This document shows, piece after piece, positions 1 to 7,167 of a DNA stretch of 40,567 nt. Source of the stretch: a virus; IMG/VR virus record IMGVR_UViG_3300015301_000001, positions 1 through 40,567 of that record. One strand, written 5' to 3'. The notes beneath the pieces are model-generated. The model ran no database searches, was not told the origin of the DNA, and worked only from the letters and a program-made list of their open reading frames with translations. The translations under genes and the position numbers were made by a program. Position 1 is the first letter of the stretch, and every line of letters starts with the position of its first letter.

Positions 1-123
1 GCGCGAAGCCGACCCCGTGTATCGGCTGGGCTACGTCCGTGGCTACCGCCGTGGGCTCGACTTGGGGCAGCAGCAAAACGAGCGCCTGCTGAGTCTGTAC
101 GCGCAGTACGCCATCCTAGTGCC
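1..123 (+). repeat. Terminal direct repeat, copy A (identical to 40445..40567)
   Basis: Base-by-base identity read from both ends of the window. Confidence 0.95.
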
Positions 124-274
124 CCCGCCCAGCTACCAGCCTTCGGCCGTGATTCTGCGCGCCCAGCGGGCGCTTGATGAGAACTACGAGCGGGTGCCCC
201 TGCCCTTGGAGGCGCGCCAAGATTTGGCGGCCATTTCTGCCCACCACTTGCCCCTCTCTGACCGTGCAGCCTAA
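1..274 (+). CDS. 3' part of a hypothetical protein whose 5' part is 40095..40567 (gene spans the contig junction)
   Basis: ORF 17..274 is in the same frame as ATG 40095 after subtracting 40,444, with no intervening stop. The stop is TAA at 272..274. Confidence 0.7.
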   Translation, partial: READPVYRLGYVRGYRRGLDLGQQQNERLLSLYAQYAILVPPPSYQPSAVILRAQRALDENYERVPLPLEARQDLAAISAHHLPLSDRAA

Positions 275-374
275 GGACTTTCAACGCTTCACCACTGAGG
301 CCAGCCAGAGCGCCAAAAAGAAGCCAGCGCAGCCCGCTGAGGCGCTGCTGGGTGCTGCTGATGTGCTGGCGCAG

Positions 375-1367
375 ATGGAGTACTCGTGGTTCAACGACGA
401 CCCCAACGGCCTGCCCACGCACTTCCCTTGCATCGCCCCCTATTGGTCGTGGCTGCCCGGTGAGGTTACGGCCGTTACTGGCTGGCCGGGCAGCGGCAAA
501 AGCGAGTTCATGCTTCAGCTAATGCTTATCAAAAGCGTGTACGAGCCTGCTTGGAAGTGGGCGCTGTACGTGCCTGAGAATATGCCCGCTAAGAGCGTGA
601 TTACGAAGCTCGTGCAAAGCTACGTCGGGCAAACGGCCAACCCCAAAAGCTCGTTCCGCATGAGCTTTGCGCAGTACCAGGAGGCTGCCAAGTGGGTGCT
701 GGCTCACTTCGTCCTTATCAACCCGCGCAAGGTCACTTCACTAGCCGAATTGCTGGCCGCGTTGAAGCAGGCCGTAGCAGACCACAAAGTGAAGGGCGGG
801 CTTATTGACCCCTGGAATGCCCTGGCTAGCAACCTCAAGGACTACGGCGGGCGTGAGGATGAGATGCTGCGCCACCAGCTCAACGACGTGCTAGACTTTG
901 CCGAGGATTTCGAGCAGTGCGTGGTTATCTGCGCCCACCCAGCCGGACAGGCCCGCGACCAAGGCACGGGAGCCCTGAAAGTGCCCGACCAATACAGTAT
1001 CAGCGGCGGCCGGATGTGGCCCAATAAAGTGGACAACTTCCTAGTAGTTCACCGCCCGAATGCCGACAGCGACCCGCGCGACCAAACAGTTGACTTCTAC
1101 GCCCGCAAAATCAAGCAGGAGAGCCTCGTGGGCATGAAGACACCAGCCGAGGGCGTGCGCTTCAACTTCGACCGGGTGCTGGGCCGCTACCTCGACCCCA
1201 TTCTAGGCCACGCCCCGCTCGACGTGAAGGCCCGGCAGCACTTCGAGAAGTACGGCACCAACAACCCCAAGGACTTGCCGCCCGCCGCTAGGGGCACACT
1301 GCCAGCCAGTACCGAGTTCAGCGACGCGGCATTTTTTCCCCACAACCCCACACTGCCCGGCCGATGA
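375..1367 (+). CDS. DnaB-like (RecA-fold) replicative DNA helicase
   Basis: Walker A motif GWPGSGKSEF and Walker-B-like GGLIDPWNAL; size and position next to the replication initiator fit. The start is uncertain: ATG 375 avoids a 100-nt overlap, with ATG 174 and GTG 363 as alternatives. Confidence 0.7.
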   Translation: MEYSWFNDDPNGLPTHFPCIAPYWSWLPGEVTAVTGWPGSGKSEFMLQLMLIKSVYEPAWKWALYVPENMPAKSVITKLVQSYVGQTANPKSSFRMSFAQYQEAAKWVLAHFVLINPRKVTSLAELLAALKQAVADHKVKGGLIDPWNALASNLKDYGGREDEMLRHQLNDVLDFAEDFEQCVVICAHPAGQARDQGTGALKVPDQYSISGGRMWPNKVDNFLVVHRPNADSDPRDQTVDFYARKIKQESLVGMKTPAEGVRFNFDRVLGRYLDPILGHAPLDVKARQHFEKYGTNNPKDLPPAARGTLPASTEFSDAAFFPHNPTLPGR

Positions 1368-1753
1368 ACTGCCCCCACCTACACCCCGACACCATAGCCG
1401 AGTGCAGCCGGGCCGCCTACGACTACCACCCAGCTTGTTACTGCGTCTTCGCCTGGCTGTATGCCGAGCCGCCACCGGGCCGCAAGTACCTGGCTTACCC
1501 GCCCAAATGGCTGCAAGTGAATACGTGGTGGGCGATGGGGGAGGCCGCCGACCAGCACCTGCTCACGGTGCAAGGTGATACCGGCCCCGAGCTACTGCGC
1601 AACCTACGCGGCGCACTCGCCGGCCTCGGCCCCGCCCGGCCACCGGCCCCAACGCCACCCGTGGGCCGCCCGCTACGGCCTGAGCCGGGCAACGGCTGGA
1701 TACCCTCAGCACCACAGACGACCCAACCACTGACCGCGTGGCCCGCCTGCTAA
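1364..1753 (+). CDS. Hypothetical protein (Cys/His-rich N-terminus, Pro-rich C-terminus)
   Basis: ATGA start/stop overlap with the helicase gene; the stop is followed directly by a hairpin plus T-tract. Confidence 0.5.
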   Translation: MNCPHLHPDTIAECSRAAYDYHPACYCVFAWLYAEPPPGRKYLAYPPKWLQVNTWWAMGEAADQHLLTVQGDTGPELLRNLRGALAGLGPARPPAPTPPVGRPLRPEPGNGWIPSAPQTTQPLTAWPAC

Positions 1754-1775
1754 ATGTGCCCAGCAGGCACCTTTT
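1752..1775 (+). terminator. Stop-proximal hairpin (GTGCC-CAGCA-GGCAC) followed by CTTTT
   Basis: Dyad read from the sequence immediately after TAA 1751..1753. It is homologous to the hairpin at 3078..3102. Confidence 0.5.
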
Positions 1776-1903
1776 AAATGTCACTGAGAATGACCTTTTA
1801 AATGTCGCCAAAAACGATATTTTAAACCCCCCAAATTAGGGGTATTTGAAAAAGTGGGTAATGCCCACCTTTTTAAAAGGTTGCCAAATCCGACCTTTTA
1901 GCC
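1769..1903 (+). promoter_or_regulatory. Array of (A/C)CCTTTTAAA boxes in an AT-rich spacer
   Basis: ACCTTTTAAATGTC occurs at 1769..1782 and again at 1793..1806. Degenerate copies lie near 1817, 1866 and 1893, several forming weak AAAAGG/CCTTTT dyads. Confidence 0.5.
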
Positions 1904-1936
1904 ACACCACAACCACTTCACAATCACTTCAAAACC

Positions 1937-2839
1937 ATGTTCGACATCCTGAAAAAAGTAGAAGGCGATGATAGGCTGGCCCAGCTATTCAACGCCTACC
2001 TCAAAGGACTTTCAACGCCCGCCATTATGTGCGAGCCCACCTACTACACCATGCGCGAGCTGCGGGAATTGCGGGAGGGTACGCTTGAGAAAAAGCATAA
2101 GAAGATGCTCAACCACAGCATCAAAAACTTCTACTACCTGACCGTGCTGGGCAACTCGCTGCACCAGATTCACAGCCACGTATTGGGAGCCATTGCCGAG
2201 CTAGAAGGCTTCTTTGCCCAGTACGGTGATAACCTGCTCGACTACGCCGCCGACAAGCGGGTGAAGTCTTTGATGGAGTGCGGCAGCAATGACGACGAGG
2301 AAGCCCTCACGGATTGGTACCGCGACAACGAAGCCGACGAAACAGAGGAATGGAAGGCGGTGCGCAAGACTGACCCCGAGAGCCTGAGCCACTACTCCCT
2401 TCACAGCGAGCTTGATTGGCACTTTGGCGGGGAGGGTGCTGGGCGCGGGGAGTACGTCGGCACCAGCTCAGAAAGCGATTTCTACCCCTACACCACGCTC
2501 GTGGAGAACCAAAGCGCCTTCTCCTTTCGCAAGATGTTTGAGGGCTTCACGGGCAAGCCTGTGGCCGTGAGCAGCCTGCAACCCGATGGCACCCTAGTCC
2601 CCATGTCGCTGGGTGACCAAGTAGAGCAGGAACTGAACGAAGACCTGCGAGGCGAGCGGGTGGTGGTCGGCTTCAATCTGTCGGTGGGTATGTGCCGGCT
2701 GATAAGGGAGCGCCACCAGCAGATGCAGCACGACGACATCGCTGGCTTCCGCGTGCAGTTGGCCCTCCTGCGGATGGTGCGCGACGTGGATTTCCCGCCC
2801 GAAACTGTCGCCCAGTACCTCAACCTCAGCGGCGAATAG
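1937..2839 (+). CDS. Hypothetical protein (acidic central region)
   Basis: Long ORF with C-ending codon bias, preceded by the conserved CA-rich leader. Confidence 0.75.
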   Translation: MFDILKKVEGDDRLAQLFNAYLKGLSTPAIMCEPTYYTMRELRELREGTLEKKHKKMLNHSIKNFYYLTVLGNSLHQIHSHVLGAIAELEGFFAQYGDNLLDYAADKRVKSLMECGSNDDEEALTDWYRDNEADETEEWKAVRKTDPESLSHYSLHSELDWHFGGEGAGRGEYVGTSSESDFYPYTTLVENQSAFSFRKMFEGFTGKPVAVSSLQPDGTLVPMSLGDQVEQELNEDLRGERVVVGFNLSVGMCRLIRERHQQMQHDDIAGFRVQLALLRMVRDVDFPPETVAQYLNLSGE

Positions 2840-2850
2840 GCCCGTGCGTT

Positions 2851-4158
2851 ATGAATGAAGGACTAGATGCCGCCCTCGTGCTCGATACCGAGGGCGGCAA
2901 GCCCAGCAAGCAATACCGCACCAGTCCCTACACGGTGCGCGACTACTGCGGGCTACCCTACGCCCAGCGCGTGGCCGTGGACGCTGCTTGCGATGCTCGG
3001 GCGGGCATTCAGCGCACCGCCTACGCAGACGATACCAGCGTGCAGCCCTACACCGTGGGCCGCGCTACCCAAAAAGTAAAAGGTGCCCAGCCGGCACCTT
3101 TTAAAAGCGCCCAGCAGGCGCAATTACCCTCAACCACTTCACAACCAATTACTGCCATGTCTACCGCCACCGCCTACGTACACCCCGCCCCCTCGCCGGC
3201 CCTGCACACGCTCAACACCCCCGAGGGCATCGACCACAACGCCGCCCACCCCGACAGCCTGGCTACCTACGCCACGCCTGCCGACCAGGAGGCGACCCAC
3301 GGGGACTTCGCTTTTACCCCGGCCGGGCTGCCCGAGGGCGCGCCGCTGGCTGCCCTGGCTGATGCGGTGGACCTCGCCAGCACGCCACCCGCCCCGCCCG
3401 CCCCGGTGGCGCACCCCGGCACGGTGTACGAAACGACCAATTACGACCTGTTTCACCTGCTGCCTGAGAATCGGCCCGTTGACAAGGCCCACGTTCGCAA
3501 GCTGATGGCCTTCATCACCGAGCGCAACCTGCTGCGGGTGCAGCCCTTGGAGGTGACCGCCGACATGGGCCTGATTGATGGGCAGCACCGCCTCGCTGCG
3601 GCTCGTGAGCTGGGCCTGCCGGTGTACTACAAGATTGGTGAGCAGCTGAGGGAGGAAGACATTACGGCCCTCAATATGGCCCGCAAGAACTGGCAGGCCA
3701 CCGACTACCTGCACATGTGGACCATGAAGCGCAAACCCGCTTACGTGGCCTTTACCGACTTCCGGCAGCGTCACCCGCGCATTAGCTTCTCCAACGCCAA
3801 GATTCTGCTTAGCGGCGGCACGGGCGGCTCCAACGCTGAGGAATTTCGCCGTGGGCTGTGGGATGGGGCCGATGATGCCGATGTGGCCCTGGCTGATGAG
3901 GTGGCCGCCCTCGTGGAGCGCATCGCCGACGAGGTGCCCACCTTCAAGCAGGCATTTCACACGGGCTTCGTGGGTGCCCTCTACCACTGCGCTACCCGCG
4001 TGGAGGGCTTCGACGCCAAGGAGTTGATGCGAACCATCCTAGCCCAGCCGCTGAGCCTACTGCCCTGCGCTAGCCATAAGCAGTGGCTGCAAATGCTGGG
4101 CAGTATCTACAACTACCGCAAGAACGAGGGTAACCGCATTCGCTTCAGCAATGACTAA
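2851..4158 (+). CDS. ParB/Srx-fold (ParB N-terminal nuclease-like) domain protein; possible internal start at 3157
   Basis: C-terminal half has PLEVTADMGLIDGQHRLAAARELGLPVYY, the ParB-like DGxHR motif. The frame is open from ATG 2851. A hairpin plus leader cassette precedes ATG 3157. Confidence 0.7.
   Translation: MNEGLDAALVLDTEGGKPSKQYRTSPYTVRDYCGLPYAQRVAVDAACDARAGIQRTAYADDTSVQPYTVGRATQKVKGAQPAPFKSAQQAQLPSTTSQPITAMSTATAYVHPAPSPALHTLNTPEGIDHNAAHPDSLATYATPADQEATHGDFAFTPAGLPEGAPLAALADAVDLASTPPAPPAPVAHPGTVYETTNYDLFHLLPENRPVDKAHVRKLMAFITERNLLRVQPLEVTADMGLIDGQHRLAAARELGLPVYYKIGEQLREEDITALNMARKNWQATDYLHMWTMKRKPAYVAFTDFRQRHPRISFSNAKILLSGGTGGSNAEEFRRGLWDGADDADVALADEVAALVERIADEVPTFKQAFHTGFVGALYHCATRVEGFDAKELMRTILAQPLSLLPCASHKQWLQMLGSIYNYRKNEGNRIRFSND
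3078..3102 (+). terminator. Perfect 10-bp hairpin AAAAGGTGCC-CAGCC-GGCACCTTTT inside ORF 2851..4158
   Basis: Perfect dyad with an A4 tract upstream and T4 downstream, read directly from the sequence. Confidence 0.45.
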
Positions 4159-4831
4159 GAAAGCTGACCGTGACACCCGCCACCTGGAGGCGGTGGGTGT
4201 CTACTACCAAACCGGCGACGAGGCCGCCCTCGGGCCGATGCTGGGCGAGCTGCGCGAGTTGGCGCTGGCTTACCTGCGCGGGCGGCTTCGGGTGCGTGAC
4301 ACTGAACGGGCCGAAGACATAGCGCAAGAGGCATTATTGAAATTGCTGGGCCGCTTGCAGCGCCGCAAATTCAAGATACCAGGCCGCCCGCCCGGCGTGC
4401 TGCTCTGCATCATCTGCCAGCAAAAATTTAGCGCGAGCGCCCGCCACAACCCTAGCGAGCCCAGCCGAAGCGAAGACCCCTTTTTGCTCCTGCCACCCAG
4501 CACCGCCACGCAGGCGCAGGAGCTACCAACCGGCGAGGTGATGGCCGCCGCCACGGCCGCGCTGAGCGCCGCCACGCAGGCCGTGCTTGCCCTTGACCAG
4601 CACGCCCGTGCGGCCGTGGTGCTACACTACTTCCACGGCCTCGACGCGCCGGCCGCCGCCGCGAAGCTGGGCATTGCCGAGTCAGCATTTCGGGCGCGCT
4701 TGCGCCGGGGCCTGGCTGACCTGCAAGCCTGGGGCCGCACAGTGCCCCGCCCCGCTGCCGAGGTGTACGCGGCCCTGAATGGGGTAGACAGTGGCGACCT
4801 GTTCCGTGAGCCGCTCAGGATGGTGGGCTAA
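4151..4831 (+). CDS. Phage-encoded sigma-70 family (ECF-like) RNA polymerase sigma factor
   Basis: Region-2-like ERAEDIAQEALLKLLGRL and region-4 HTH-like ARAAVVLHYFHGLDAPAAAAKLGIAESAFRARLRRGLADL. The start overlaps the upstream stop in ATGACTAA. Confidence 0.7.
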   Translation: MTKKADRDTRHLEAVGVYYQTGDEAALGPMLGELRELALAYLRGRLRVRDTERAEDIAQEALLKLLGRLQRRKFKIPGRPPGVLLCIICQQKFSASARHNPSEPSRSEDPFLLLPPSTATQAQELPTGEVMAAATAALSAATQAVLALDQHARAAVVLHYFHGLDAPAAAAKLGIAESAFRARLRRGLADLQAWGRTVPRPAAEVYAALNGVDSGDLFREPLRMVG

Positions 4832-4880
4832 AACCAAAAGGACAAAAATCCTACTGACTGATAATCAATAAAATACTGCA

Positions 4881-5093
4881 ATGAAAGCCCCAAAGCAACA
4901 ACTGCGCCCTGCTCGCTATATCGGGCAAACGGCGGCCGAGAACCGCGCTAAGCGCCGCGCCGCGAAAGGTCTGCCGCCCAAGGTCGAAAAGGCAAGCAAG
5001 TGGAAGGAATGCGACGAGTGCGGTATGCCTTGTAGCCCAACCGAATACGAATACAATGGCGGCCTTTGTGCGGGCTGTGTTGTCAACTCCTAA
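4881..5093 (+). CDS. Small zinc-ribbon protein (CxxC...CxxC)
   Basis: CDECGMPC...CAGC motifs with a basic N-terminus. Confidence 0.6.
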   Translation: MKAPKQQLRPARYIGQTAAENRAKRRAAKGLPPKVEKASKWKECDECGMPCSPTEYEYNGGLCAGCVVNS

Positions 5094-5103
5094 CTAAACT
5101 CTC

Positions 5104-5802
5104 ATGCCCGAAATCCTAGTTTTCCCGCCCCATATCAACCGCGCCAAGGCGGCCCTCATTAGCGCCGGTATTTCCGTTTCGCAGGATAGCCCAGCCTACG
5201 CCGCCCTAATGATGGTAGCCATTGCCTGGGAGCGCACGCCGCAGGCAAACCGCGCCGAAGAACTACGGCAGGAGGTCGTAAAGACCCAGCACGAGCTTGA
5301 GGACGTGAGCGCCGACCTACTGACCGCCCGCAAGGACAACGCCCGCCTCGCGGACTTGCTTACTGAGAAGGAGCAGCCACCGCAGTTGCTTTCTTCAAAG
5401 GCCAGTAAAGAGGTAGCCAACCTATTGAAAGCCAACGCCCGCCTTCGTGAGCAACTGGAAAACGGCGGGGTTACGCCGCCCCATAGTCGGAAGCAGGAGC
5501 TAAATAACCTGAAAAGCCAAGTAGGCTCGCTTCGGCAGGAGTTGGCGAACCGCCCGGCCCACAACGACGAGAAGCTGGCCGCCATGTGGAAGGACGCGAG
5601 CGGGCAGAAAGACCGGCTGCGCAGGTCGCTGCGGCGCATCAATAAGGTGCTGGCCGATGTGGACCTGCCCGCCGACGAGAAGCTGGCGCGGGTAGCGGCT
5701 TTGACTGCCCACGGCCTGGAAGTAGGCACCCCAGCCGAGGCCGCCCGAAATGCTGAGTACGAGGCGCGCCAAGCAGAAGAAGCACTCGGGCAAGCCGCAT
5801 AA
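5104..5802 (+). CDS. Hypothetical coiled-coil protein
   Basis: Long heptad-like E/K/R/L/Q-rich sequence, followed by a terminator. Confidence 0.7.
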   Translation: MPEILVFPPHINRAKAALISAGISVSQDSPAYAALMMVAIAWERTPQANRAEELRQEVVKTQHELEDVSADLLTARKDNARLADLLTEKEQPPQLLSSKASKEVANLLKANARLREQLENGGVTPPHSRKQELNNLKSQVGSLRQELANRPAHNDEKLAAMWKDASGQKDRLRRSLRRINKVLADVDLPADEKLARVAALTAHGLEVGTPAEAARNAEYEARQAEEALGQAA

Positions 5803-5822
5803 AACCGGAAATTTCCGGTTTT
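5801..5822. terminator. Bidirectional intrinsic terminator AAAACCGGAAATTTCCGGTTTT
   Basis: Perfect palindrome flanked by A4 and T4, lying between convergent genes. Confidence 0.75.
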
Positions 5823-5845
5823 ACCACAACACGCTGAAAACCAGC

Positions 5846-5885
5846 GCTCCCCCATGACCCGAGATTTCGGAGTTTATGGGGGAGC
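5846..5885 (-). terminator. 10-bp stem (GCTCCCCCAT/ATGGGGGAGC) with a 20-nt loop, downstream of the minus-strand gene
   Basis: Inverted repeat read from the sequence; on the minus strand it is followed by GCTGGTTTTC. Confidence 0.35.
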
Positions 5886-5926
5886 CTGCAAATGAACTAC
5901 TTCGGTGAATACGTGAAAACGCGCTT

Positions 5927-6547
5927 TTATGAAATCCCCATCTTTGCCACCTTCCGGAGTACCTCCTTAGTAAATGCCTCCACCTCGGCCCCGTTGAGCG
6001 GCCGGGCATCTGCCGGCCGGCGCTCATAGAGTTCAGGGTGGGCGCATTGGTAGAGCGCCGTGAGTAGGAAATAGTGAAGGTGGCCGGGCTCGTTCGGTAG
6101 CCCGTCCGGTATCGTGCAGCCGGTGAAGCTGCGGCGGGCCGTGCCGAAGCGTTGCAGCGCCATGTAGAGGTTCCCACTCTCGTCGTCGTCGGAGATTATG
6201 AGCGCCCAGTGGTAGGCCGCAAACCATTTCGTTTCCTCCTGATACTCGGGCAGCAGCAGCCGCCGCGAGGGACTGGCAAAGCACATTTCCCCAGCTACCT
6301 CATGGGTGAGTAGCAGCCGGTTGCTGCCCCAAGGCGTGCGCAGCACCAGACGCCCGGCTTCCTCGCTCACCACCCAGTAGTAGCTCGGCTCCAAGGCCAC
6401 GAGCGCCGCGCCCCCGTAGCGCCACGAAAGCCAGTCGCCTACCTGTATCGGGCGCACGGCCTTGCTGAAGTCGTGGGTGGCGTGGCGGCCGTTCCCTTCT
6501 CGCGTGACTAGCGAGAAGTCTATGGTGGTGAAGGTGGGACTGGACAT
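5927..6547 (-). CDS. Hypothetical protein; lone reverse-strand gene in the early/middle block (moron-like)
   Basis: Coding-like ORF. ATG at 6547 (MSSPTFTT...) is preferred over the TTG at 6580 in the track. Confidence 0.65.
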   Translation of the reverse strand: MSSPTFTTIDFSLVTREGNGRHATHDFSKAVRPIQVGDWLSWRYGGAALVALEPSYYWVVSEEAGRLVLRTPWGSNRLLLTHEVAGEMCFASPSRRLLLPEYQEETKWFAAYHWALIISDDDESGNLYMALQRFGTARRSFTGCTIPDGLPNEPGHLHYFLLTALYQCAHPELYERRPADARPLNGAEVEAFTKEVLRKVAKMGIS

Positions 6548-6579
6548 AAAGTAAACGTAAGACAAAGAATATAAACACA

Positions 6580-6864
6580 ATGCGAACCGCCGCCCGTGTC
6601 GATGCGAACCAACCTGAGATAGTGAACGCGCTGCGTGCTATCGGGGCGTATGTGTTGCACCTGCACCAGCTAAAAAATTGTTGCGACCTACTCGTGGGCT
6701 TCCGTGGGCGCACCTACCTGATGGAGATAAAAGACCCCGCCCAGCCGCCCAGTAAGCGACAGCTGACCCCCGGCGAAGCAAAGTTTCGGGATGAGTGGAA
6801 AGGCACCCCTTACCACATTGTCGAAACCATCGACCAGGCCCTGAAAATCATTACTACCCCCTGA
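6580..6864 (+). CDS. VRR-NUC / PD-(D/E)xK family small nuclease
   Basis: CDLLVGFRGRTYLMEIKD matches a D...ExK nuclease core; the ~94-aa size is typical of phage VRR-NUC proteins. Confidence 0.6.
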   Translation: MRTAARVDANQPEIVNALRAIGAYVLHLHQLKNCCDLLVGFRGRTYLMEIKDPAQPPSKRQLTPGEAKFRDEWKGTPYHIVETIDQALKIITTP

Positions 6865-6874
6865 CTTCTGCACC

Positions 6875-7084
6875 ATGTACCTTGTCCCTGCTACTGCCTG
6901 CGCCGCCCCCATTACGCCGCGCGTCTTCCTAGCCAGCGAGATAACCGCCGCCGCAAAGGGCGTCGCTGAGCTTACCCAAAAGCATCCGTCTTGGCCGGCT
7001 GCCCGTGTGCGTGCCCAGGTTGCCCGGCAACTGAATGTAAGCACTGTACAGCTTCGTTACCTGCTCCGTCAGGCCAGTAATTAA
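6875..7084 (+). CDS. Hypothetical small protein
   Basis: ORF tightly packed after the nuclease gene. Confidence 0.5.
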   Translation: MYLVPATACAAPITPRVFLASEITAAAKGVAELTQKHPSWPAARVRAQVARQLNVSTVQLRYLLRQASN

Positions 7085-7088
7085 AATC

Positions 7089-7123
7089 CCGTTACGCTTT
7101 TCGCAATCTCGTTACGCTTTTGG
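7089..7123 (+). promoter_or_regulatory. Candidate late promoter/activator site: tandem GTTACGCTTTT (7091..7101, 7111..7121)
   Basis: 31 of 35 positions are identical to the reverse complement of 24376..24410. It lies 44 nt upstream of the first ATG of the rightward late operon. Confidence 0.55.
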
Positions 7124-7167
7124 CCCCTCGCGTTTGTGAGGGGCTGAGGCGGTTCGGAATTTCGGGA

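Noticed and set aside
273-287. Exact 15-mer AAGGACTTTCAACGC shared with 2004..2018.
   Set aside because: One or two exact 15-mers are expected by chance in a 40-kb sequence counted on both strands. The contexts differ: one copy is in a spacer and the other is inside a coding region.
2867-3079. 70-aa ORF whose TAA is followed directly by the 3078..3102 hairpin.
   Set aside because: The stop-plus-hairpin context is tempting, but the product is 19% Pro and S/T/A-rich, and the overlapping frame from ATG 2851 has much better codon usage. I kept it only as part of the embedded-cassette finding.
3139-3987. Long antisense or alternative-frame ORFs, for example 3139..3987(-), 8068..8667(-), 17960..18853(-), 24439..25089(-), 27579..28268(-), 34943..35680(+), 5196..5855(-) and 21513..23796(+).
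   Set aside because: They are shadow ORFs of a GC-rich genome. Their products are R/G/P/A-rich and low-complexity, each lies fully inside a better-supported gene on the other strand or frame, and they lack the C-ending codon bias of real genes.
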